This document shows, in pieces, positions 43,134 through 51,900 of a stretch of 64,000 nucleotides of DNA (the first letter of the stretch is position 1; each line of letters opens with the position of its first letter). The notes beneath the pieces are model-generated. The model worked only from the letters and a program-made list of their open reading frames with translations. It had not been told where the DNA came from and searched no databases. The DNA is from Candidatus Pacearchaeota archaeon (lineage in GTDB: Archaea; Nanobdellota; Nanobdellia; UBA10117; JAFCGI01). A program made the position numbers and the translations under genes. Location: positions 44,425 through 108,424 of the forward strand of contig JAFCGI010000002.1 of NCBI GenBank assembly GCA_017608235.1. Direction: 5' to 3'.

Positions 43134-46100
43134 TTATTTTTTATTTTTTTTAGTAATTTTTTTCTTTCTTGTAATTCCTATAAATAAAACTGCAACTAGA
43201 ATAACAATCACTATGCTTACAAACGATAATAGATTAAGATCAAACAAACTAATAAACCCATCAAGAGTTTCTTCAGTTTCCTCTCCACCCAATATTAGTT
43301 TTTTATCAAGCTTAGGCAATACTACTAACTTTGTGGAATTAATTAAATCATCAGACACTTCTTTATTCACAGTATAAATTATTTCTTTATCAACTAAATC
43401 AGAAAAGCTCCATCTTACAACAGGATCATCCTTTACAATTTCATAATCTGCTGTCCTAAAGGTAATTTCACCAGCAGTGCTAGCAATATCTTTTGGTATT
43501 GTCTCCACTATATAGAGCTCTTCAGAAGAATCTAAACTGATAGTCTTCTTAAACATAGTTATTTTTCCTGTGTTTCCAGAAAGATATTTAACATCCAAAA
43601 CCTTAGTATTTACATCTACACTAACTTTATCTTTAAGCCTTGCAGCTTCAGAAACATAATTTTGTTTTTCAGAATCATCTAAACCATCTTTAACTACAAT
43701 ACTTTCAATAGATGCATCTATATCACTATCTTTCACACTCTGCGTAAATTCATCTGTAGAAATAATTTCTGCTTCAACAATTGTAGACTTCTTAATTTCT
43801 GTTAGTCTATTTTGTAACTTAGTAAATTCAAGTTCCTTTTTTGTATCAGAAATGCTTGAACCCTTCAAAGCTTTAAGCGCTGATTCAATAGATGCTATAT
43901 TAGTTTTAGTAAACTTAAGATCACCTTCTATATTCAAATCAGCAACTAAGTTTTTATCAATACTAGATACCTTAGTTAAATACTTATCTATATCATCTCC
44001 CAGATATTCAACACTAGTTATTTCATCATCAATTTCTTCTGTAACCGAAGAATCAGTAGTAGTTGTGCTAGGCGTAACAACTACATCATCCTCTGCAGTA
44101 GTAGTGGTGGTAGTACCTCCGCCACTATTACTAGACTCTTCCTCAATAGTTAGAGTAAAGGTTTCTGAATCAGTAGCACCATGATTATCCTGAACAGTTA
44201 TAGTTATAGAATAACTTCCCTCATCTGAACTATCAGGAGTAAACTCAATATTACCATTACCAGAATTTATATTAAACAAATTAGTATTATCTGAAAATGT
44301 TAAAGTATCTCCAGTAGGATCTGGATCAGTAGCACTAACATCTAAACTAAATTCTTCATTAACAGTTGCAGTTTGAGAACTAATACTACTTATTATAGGA
44401 GGATCATTCGTGTTATTAACATCTATATTCAAGTTCTTACTAACACTATTATAACCATCACTAACTGTAATATTAATAGTATTATTCCCCACATAATCAT
44501 TAGTAGGAGTCCAATTCAATAGCCCAGTACTTGAATTAATAATTCCTGAAATATTAGCACTATAAGTTAAGGTATCTGCATCATCATCACTAGCATTAAT
44601 ATCATACACTATAGCAGAATCCTCATTAACTGTCAGATTATCAAATGCATGACTAAAACTTGGTAGCCAAGGATCAACTACAATCAAAGTCCAAGATACT
44701 GAATCATTAAGACTTCCATCTGAAACTATCAATGTAACATTACGAGTTCCACCATTATGCAAACCAACATCATAAGTTAAATTTTGTTCTGTAGAATTAA
44801 GTTCACCCTCAAAATACCAATTATACAACAAAGTAACATTATCCACATCACTTGCACTTGCATTAAAGAATATTGTATTATTCTCTGTCAGATAAATGGT
44901 TTGATTCGTAGTACTGTTTATTGTAGAATTATCCCAATACCAAGAATCAATTACAGGCGCATCATTAGTATTTTCTATAGTAATAACAAATACCTCACTA
45001 ATATTCACATTACCATCTGTAATATTAATTCTAACTCCCAAACTTCCTACATCATCATTAGTTGGTGTCCAAGTAATAACTCCATTCGAACTAATATTAA
45101 ATTCTGAAACATTATCTAAAAATGTAATATTATCTCCATCAAGATCAGTAACATCTATATCATATGTAAACTCTTGATCTTCTATAGCAGTCTGATCTTG
45201 CAAAGCTGGATTAAAGAAAGGTGCATTATTTGGATCTGTTGAATTTAAAGTAATATCTCTTGTACTAGAAACTCCTAATTTTCCTTCTGTTCTATTTCCA
45301 ATAATTCTATATGTAAAATCTCCAGAAACATCTGTCTTATTAATATACCAATTTTTTAAACTAGAGTTACTCATACTTATATTAGTAGTGCCATCCCATT
45401 CTAACCAAGCTTCTCTTAGATCCCGATCACTCGTAATATTAACAAAAATCCAAGTAGTATTCAATTTACTTTTGTGTGAGGGTGTAGGACTAACAATCAT
45501 AATCTCTGGAGCAAATAAACCAAGAGTGGTTGCATTATCACTAGTCTGATTCAAATTTCCAGCATCATCTGCAGATTTCAAAGTTAAATTATATTCTGTA
45601 TCTGCACTAAGTCCTGTTGCATTATAATAACTAATATTACTTGTTAAATTAACCTTAAATACACTATTCAACCAAACCTCTGTATGATCAAAATCAGTTT
45701 CTGAAGGATTAGTCCAATTCCAATAAATCCAAGTTTCATCTTTTGAGAGTTCTGCTAAACCAGCAGCAGCTGAAGTAGGAGTATCATCTAAAAACTTTAT
45801 TGCTGCCAGAATATCTATTCTCGGAAATACTAGACTATTTTTAGAATCTGTAACATTAACACCTTTATTCTTAAGAACAGTTCTAATCTCTCCAGGGTCT
45901 ATAGTCACGCCTTCTAACCTCTCATGCTGGAAAATAAGTGCTGCAGCTCCTCCAACAAATGGAGCAGCCATAGAAGTTCCACTTCCAGACAAATATCCAG
46001 AACTATGACAATTAGTACATGATCCTGTTGGAACTGTTGAAACAACCTTGCATCCTGGTGCTAATAAATCTAAAATCTCATCACTATTTACAAAATTAGG

Positions 46101-47153
46101 TATATTATCTTCAGTAGTACCTTCAGAACCATCATCAACTGCACCAACAGAAGTAACATTAGCAAGACAGGCTGGATAACTTATACCATCATCAAAACCA
46201 CTATTACCAGATGAAGCCACAACAAAAATACCTGCAGCAGTTGCATTATTTATTGCGCTTGTTGTAGCAGAATATGTGCTTGCAGGACAACTAGAAAGAT
46301 TATGTTCTCCACTATCTCCTAAACTCATTACTATAACAGAAATATTAAACTTACTTGCATTATTCACACACCAATCTATTCCAGATGCTATATTTGAAAA
46401 ATCACCTCTTCCACTAGCATTAAGTGCTTTAATTGCTACAATCTTAGCATCAAATGCTATTCCTTTGTTATTACCAGATATTCCATTTCCAGCTGCAATC
46501 CCTGCAACATGAGTTCCATGTCCATCATCATCAAAAGGATTTGCATCTGGAGTTGTGCATCCTCCTCCATCACTTCCACAAAAATCATAACCACTTATAA
46601 CTTTAGAACAGTTACCAGCCAGAAATTCCTCTTCTGTACAAGAACCAAATTCAGTATGCGTATAGTCAATTCCACTATCTATAACACAAATAGTTTCTCC
46701 TGCCCCAGTAATATTTAAACCCTGAAGATTTCTAAGCCATACATCATCAGCATTAATTAGAGAATTTGCTTCTGCTCTATGAGCTACAGCAATCCCTGGT
46801 TTATATATTCTTAATACATTAGGATCATTAGCTAATTTAGCTAGTCCTTGCGCGCTAACTTTTCCACTAATAGCTTCTACATTAGAAAATTTATACTTTA
46901 ATTCAAAATCTTCTTCCATAAGATCTGAAAGAACATTCTCCTGCTTAACAGCAATAGATGTACTTGCTTCCGAACCACTAGATCCTGATCTTGTTCCACT
47001 AGTATCTTCCTTAAGCATAATAATAACATCTACCTTAGAATTCTTATCTAAATCCTCAAAAACATTATCATCTATACTTGCTGCTATCACTACTTGCAAG
47101 CTCACTAATAAAAAAACACTCATTAATATTAATAGTGTTATTCTCTTACTCAT
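43134..47153 (-). CDS. Membrane-anchored multidomain subtilisin-like serine protease (S8) with FN3, cadherin-like and PKD adhesion modules
   Basis: Signal peptide, I9-like propeptide, and catalytic triad D159 (VIDSGIDYTH), H212 (HGTHVAG) and S394 (SGTSMAAP). These are followed by an FN3-like module, three clear cadherin-like repeats (..ITWTPTNDDVG..NTNDAPVI) plus one degenerate segment, a PKD-like module, a poly-Thr linker, a C-terminal module, a TM helix and a KKKITKKNKK tail. Confidence 0.85.
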   Translation of the reverse strand: MSKRITLLILMSVFLLVSLQVVIAASIDDNVFEDLDKNSKVDVIIMLKEDTSGTRSGSSGSEASTSIAVKQENVLSDLMEEDFELKYKFSNVEAISGKVSAQGLAKLANDPNVLRIYKPGIAVAHRAEANSLINADDVWLRNLQGLNITGAGETICVIDSGIDYTHTEFGSCTEEEFLAGNCSKVISGYDFCGSDGGGCTTPDANPFDDDGHGTHVAGIAAGNGISGNNKGIAFDAKIVAIKALNASGRGDFSNIASGIDWCVNNASKFNISVIVMSLGDSGEHNLSSCPASTYSATTSAINNATAAGIFVVASSGNSGFDDGISYPACLANVTSVGAVDDGSEGTTEDNIPNFVNSDEILDLLAPGCKVVSTVPTGSCTNCHSSGYLSGSGTSMAAPFVGGAAALIFQHERLEGVTIDPGEIRTVLKNKGVNVTDSKNSLVFPRIDILAAIKFLDDTPTSAAAGLAELSKDETWIYWNWTNPSETDFDHTEVWLNSVFKVNLTSNISYYNATGLSADTEYNLTLKSADDAGNLNQTSDNATTLGLFAPEIMIVSPTPSHKSKLNTTWIFVNITSDRDLREAWLEWDGTTNISMSNSSLKNWYINKTDVSGDFTYRIIGNRTEGKLGVSSTRDITLNSTDPNNAPFFNPALQDQTAIEDQEFTYDIDVTDLDGDNITFLDNVSEFNISSNGVITWTPTNDDVGSLGVRINITDGNVNISEVFVITIENTNDAPVIDSWYWDNSTINSTTNQTIYLTENNTIFFNASASDVDNVTLLYNWYFEGELNSTEQNLTYDVGLHNGGTRNVTLIVSDGSLNDSVSWTLIVVDPWLPSFSHAFDNLTVNEDSAIVYDINASDDDADTLTYSANISGIINSSTGLLNWTPTNDYVGNNTINITVSDGYNSVSKNLNIDVNNTNDPPIISSISSQTATVNEEFSLDVSATDPDPTGDTLTFSDNTNLFNINSGNGNIEFTPDSSDEGSYSITITVQDNHGATDSETFTLTIEEESSNSGGGTTTTTTAEDDVVVTPSTTTTDSSVTEEIDDEITSVEYLGDDIDKYLTKVSSIDKNLVADLNIEGDLKFTKTNIASIESALKALKGSSISDTKKELEFTKLQNRLTEIKKSTIVEAEIISTDEFTQSVKDSDIDASIESIVVKDGLDDSEKQNYVSEAARLKDKVSVDVNTKVLDVKYLSGNTGKITMFKKTISLDSSEELYIVETIPKDIASTAGEITFRTADYEIVKDDPVVRWSFSDLVDKEIIYTVNKEVSDDLINSTKLVVLPKLDKKLILGGEETEETLDGFISLFDLNLLSFVSIVIVILVAVLFIGITRKKKITKKNKK

Positions 47154-47170
47154 TTTTTCCTTTTTTTCAA

Positions 47171-47467
47171 TTATTCAGCAAAAACTGCAGCACATTGGTT
47201 ATTCACACATTTACAACTACCATAGCCACAATCTAAAGTGCCAGGTTCACAAATCTGGGTACATGCAACACCAACACAATCTGGTTTATTCTCTATGCTT
47301 ATACATGCAGTAGCATGACAGCAAGAATCTTGCACACAATCAGAATCTGCTTCACAATACAAAGTATCCCTAAACATATCCTTATTTGCATAAGTTGTTG
47401 CAAAGATTATAATAATAGCAAATATTGCTATAAACACTAATACAAACATATTAGATTCTTCATCCAT
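47171..47467 (-). CDS. Anchored 12-cysteine mini-protein
   Basis: N-terminal TM helix (FVLVFIAIFAIIIIFATTYA) followed by 12 Cys within ~57 residues (YCEADSDCVQDSCCHATACISIENKPDCVGVACTQICEPGTLDCGYGSCKCVNNQC). Confidence 0.5.
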   Translation of the reverse strand: MDEESNMFVLVFIAIFAIIIIFATTYANKDMFRDTLYCEADSDCVQDSCCHATACISIENKPDCVGVACTQICEPGTLDCGYGSCKCVNNQCAAVFAE

Positions 47468-47570
47468 TCTTGCTAATTAATCTACAATTCTTATTTAAAA
47501 TAATTTTGATTATCTTAAAATAACTGATCCAAATAAGAAAATAAGAAAAACAATCAAAAATAATATCTGA

Positions 47571-48902
47571 CTATAGATCCTTCCGCTCCTTTTCTTTCTT
47601 CGCCTTACTCTTTCTTCTCACAAAAGAAATCACTATGTAAATAAACAATAACATAAGGATTATACTAATCAAAAATCCAAGACTTATTGCTTTAAATTCA
47701 GTTAAACAATCACCTGGGCAATTTGCATTATTTTCTCCACTCTCACAAACCTTATTACCACAAAATGGCCCTTCTCTAACTGCTTTGTTATCTACTATAG
47801 TATTAGACTCTATCTTATCTATTTCCTTTTTAACAATATAGCTTACTTCAGCAGTAGATCCTTCAGCTAAATTAGCGATATACCATCTTACAATAGGATC
47901 TGCTTGAATTACTTCTGGCTGAATTCCTGGAAATGCAAGTTCTGCTATGCTCGCTGCAACACTTTTTGGAATTACTTCTACAATCTCAACATCCTTCATA
48001 TTTTCTTGAGCAGTAACCACAATTCTTATCTCAGAAACTTTATTTATAGCACCTGTATCTTTACTCTTAACTTCATACACATTCAAATCTGTTTTAATAT
48101 TAACCTCTCCAGATTCTCCTGATGTGATAGCATCTCTGATTTTCTCAAATATCTCTATTGTATTATCATCAGTTACTGAATTAAGCGCATCATCAATATT
48201 TCCTATGGTTACTGTTGTTTCCTTACTTAATTCACCAATCTTAGTAACTTCTACATCTTCAGGAGTTATCTCTTCCATGCCTATAGACCTAGGATCAACA
48301 CCTGCAATAATATCCTCTACCTTATCTTCATCTGTAATAATTTCTTGCTTTGGTTGAATAACCTCTTCCTCTGGCTCTTCAGTTTCATCAATAGGAGCTG
48401 TGCCAGTTGGTGTTGTTACTTCTTCACTACCACCGCCACCACCATTTTCTTCCTCACATGCAGAATCTGTACTATGAGTTTCTCCAGATTCACAGATACC
48501 ATTTCCATTAATCGCAGTCCCTGAAGCTACCAGCAAATCTACTTCAGATATGCCTCCAGGCCTCCAAGTAACACTGCTTGGAGTAGTAGTAGCTAAAGCA
48601 CCTCCAACATAAAACAATATAGCCTTACCTTCATCATCTGATACTGAACTAACAATCAACTTCTGAGTATCAGGATCTGAACCTCCACCATATGCCCCAT
48701 CACTAGTCATAGTAAAACTAGCTTTCTGCTGTCCAGATATTTCAGCAGTTATCTCCACACCACTAGGAACATCACTGGTTCCATGCAGTACAGTTCCATA
48801 AAAAGCATGAGGTAAGACTGGAGGAGAATCAGCATAGACTCCTACTAAAATTATTGAGAACATTAATGAAACAAAGATCATCAAACCAAACAACTTTTTC
48901 AT
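47571..48902 (-). CDS. Anchored surface protein sharing a C-terminal module with the subtilase
   Basis: Signal peptide, an N-terminal beta-rich domain, two C-x-SGE...C motifs, an acidic linker, the module IVEVIPKSVAASIAELAFPGIQPEVIQADPIVRW..., a TM helix and a basic tail. Confidence 0.6.
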   Translation of the reverse strand: MKKLFGLMIFVSLMFSIILVGVYADSPPVLPHAFYGTVLHGTSDVPSGVEITAEISGQQKASFTMTSDGAYGGGSDPDTQKLIVSSVSDDEGKAILFYVGGALATTTPSSVTWRPGGISEVDLLVASGTAINGNGICESGETHSTDSACEEENGGGGGSEEVTTPTGTAPIDETEEPEEEVIQPKQEIITDEDKVEDIIAGVDPRSIGMEEITPEDVEVTKIGELSKETTVTIGNIDDALNSVTDDNTIEIFEKIRDAITSGESGEVNIKTDLNVYEVKSKDTGAINKVSEIRIVVTAQENMKDVEIVEVIPKSVAASIAELAFPGIQPEVIQADPIVRWYIANLAEGSTAEVSYIVKKEIDKIESNTIVDNKAVREGPFCGNKVCESGENNANCPGDCLTEFKAISLGFLISIILMLLFIYIVISFVRRKSKAKKEKERKDL

Positions 48903-48949
48903 TTTACCATCCCTTCTTCTAAATTTCCTTTTCCTTTAAAACAATTTAG

Positions 48950-48984
48950 ATAATAAAAAATACAAAAACAAGGGCTAAGCCCCC
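48950..48984 (-). terminator. Hairpin plus T-run after the giant-protein gene
   Basis: The minus strand reads GGGGCTTAGCCC followed by TTGTTTTTGTATTTTTTATTATCT, starting 13 nt after the stop at 48997. Confidence 0.4.
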
Positions 48985-48996
48985 GAATTTATTTAT

Positions 48997-51900
48997 CTAA
49001 TCACACCTTTGTCCAGTTAGTGTATCTGCTCTTTCCATTAGTACCCAATATCCTTCATACTCATCCATATTACTTCCAGAATCATCTTCATACTTGCTAG
49101 ATGCTTCTAAGTAATAATTTGCATTTGGAGGACTTGGACTCAATATCTTAGACAATCCCTTATAATCATTAGATTCTCCAGATACAACTTCAAGATCATC
49201 TAATGCAGTAGTCCATTTAGTACTAATATTTTCATTTAAACTTACTAAATTCCATCCACTTGTTAGACTTCTTGAAGGATATACACAATTTGGTCCTGGT
49301 GTAGCCTTCTTATAGAAGAATGCAAGCTCATCTGCTTCTGTTATATTTATGTAAATAGCTTCCAATGGATCTAATGTATAATTACTTGTTACCTGTACCC
49401 ATCCATTATCATATGTATACGCAATAGACCAATTCAACCCATCATAATATGCTATTACATCTGACCAAGTACTATTATCAAGCACTCTTGGCGTAGAAAT
49501 TAAATTCCATCCACTACTTAAATCTATATGCTCATCTGGTGCTCCTGTTGAAGTTACTGCTGCTGTTCCCACAGCATTACCTGCATAATCATAGAATTTA
49601 TTAGTTTGCGCACCTAGTGTTGCACTAAATGTTGCAAATCCATCTAAAGTATATACTAAAGTATCATTCGCACTAACTGTTGGATTTCCTGCAACTATTG
49701 ATGCACTACCACCAGCTCCATCAGTATAACTTACAAAGGTTTCATTTATAGTATTTCCAGCAGTTCCAGATCCATCTGAATTATATGTTTTAGTTCCAGA
49801 ATGCACTATATTCTCATTGAAAACCACCGTAACCAAGGTTCCATTTATTGTTACACTAGTTATATTTGGTCCAGTAATATCTATAGTTTGTGAATCTGCA
49901 TTTGTTACATTAGCATCTGTTGGTCCATCATTATTTGATGCTACAAAAACTCCTTCTTCTCCAGCATCATAATCTCCATCGCTGTCCGAATCTATCAAAA
50001 TTGGAATTTGGAACCTTAGAGTTGCACCATCAGTAACACCTGCACCAGTATCTACTGAAACAAATATTCTTAATCCAGATGCAGGAATTGCTTCTGATAG
50101 ACCAGTCCATATCCATCCATTTATTGATGCATCATATGATCCAGTTCCAGCACCTAATGCTGAATCATCTGATCCTGGTTCAAAAACACCATCACCATCA
50201 TCCACCCATGCTTTAACAGTCAATTCAGAACGATCTTGGTCGCCTATATTTTTTACAATAAATACATTCAGCTCATCTTCTGCTTTATCTGTTACATTTA
50301 CATTTGCACCAACATCATTATAGATATCTTCACTGCTATCAAACGTATCATCTTCACTATCATCTACATATTTATAGGTAGTAGGGAAATCACATAAAGT
50401 AGTTCCTGCAGAGATACTATCTCCACCATTTACAACTACAGTATCTGCAATATCTGAGTATGTTAACTCACCTACATGATTTTCTAAAATAATATCTTCT
50501 CCAGTATTCCAATCAGAATTTGTATTTACATCATAGAATACAAGATTTGTGGTATTATCTAATAATGTAATTGTATCTCCTGCACTCATACCACTACAAT
50601 CTACATCTAAACTATCTGCGTCTAGTTTAGTATCTGCTGCAGCACTCCATGTAAACTCTCCAGCATAATTCTCTGTAATAATATCTTCTCCATTATCCCA
50701 TTCATTATTTGAATTTTCATCATTATATACTAAATTTCCAGTACCATCTAATAAAGCTAAAGTTGCTCCATTACTTATTGCACCACCTTCATCTAATATT
50801 TTAGTATCCGCAGTTCCATCAGAATATGTTAAGCCTCCATCAACAACTTCTTTACAAACATCATTAGTTGCAACAAATACTCCAGTACTTGTATGTACTA
50901 ATGGACCATCTGCATTGTTTGCAGTTGTCCAATCTCCATCAAGATCTGCACTACCTGATAAAAATATCGTATCTGTTGACTCTAAAGTAGTGTCTGCATC
51001 TCCAGATGTTTCCTGAATTATTGCTTCTCCAGTTGAATAATCTCCATCATTATTATCATCTGAAAAAGCAAGTCTTCTATCATTACTGCTTGATCCTGCA
51101 GTAAAGTCTAATAGATCACAAGTTCCTGATGTTTCTACTGTATCTCCTGTATTTAATTGTCCAGCAGTTCCACTAACAATTATTGCTTCTGTATTATCAT
51201 ATGCATCATCATGATCGTTGTCACAATATACTGCACTACTATTTAATAAAACTGCATCAATAACATCCCAATCCCCTGTTGCTTTTTGTAATCCTTGTGC
51301 AGTTATTGGAACATTTGCATCATTTGCTAAAGAATTTCCATCTCCCAAATCAATTAGGATTTCATAATCAGTATATGAGCTATCATGATCTCCATCCAAA
51401 TATCCTACTTCAGCATCATTTTGTATTCCTAGACCTGAATCTCCTGCATTCAAAGCACCAGTTCCATCTACTAAAACTTCATCTGCCCCAGCAGAATATG
51501 TGCTACTGCCAGCTGTTTCTTCAATATATAAATCTTCTCCATTATCTAAAAGTCCATCTGCATCAGAATCTACAAAAGCCCATTTATTTGTAACTTTAGT
51601 AGTAGCAGCTGCACTTCCTAACAAATATGTACCATCATTACCACCGTTATCTGTACAATCTTGATTAAGATCTACTCTTATTGCAGTAGGATTACTTAAA
51701 TCATCAGTACATAAATACACTCCATCTGCTGCATCATTATCATCCCAATCAACTTTATTATCTCCCATGGAAACTAAAGCATCCCCTTCACTATGAGAAT
51801 CACAAGTACCTTTATTTGTACTTGTTGAACCATCACAATCTGCTTCTGCATCTGCTGCAGAAGTATATACACCATCTTCATCATCATCTATAAAAATATC

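Noticed and set aside
43852-51593. Several plus-strand ORFs (43852-44184, 44784-45107, 46276-46718, 47904-48357, 51279-51593) inside the surface-protein genes.
   Set aside because: They are antisense to long ORFs with a signal peptide, a catalytic triad and repeat structure. They have no Shine-Dalgarno sequences and their composition is low complexity.
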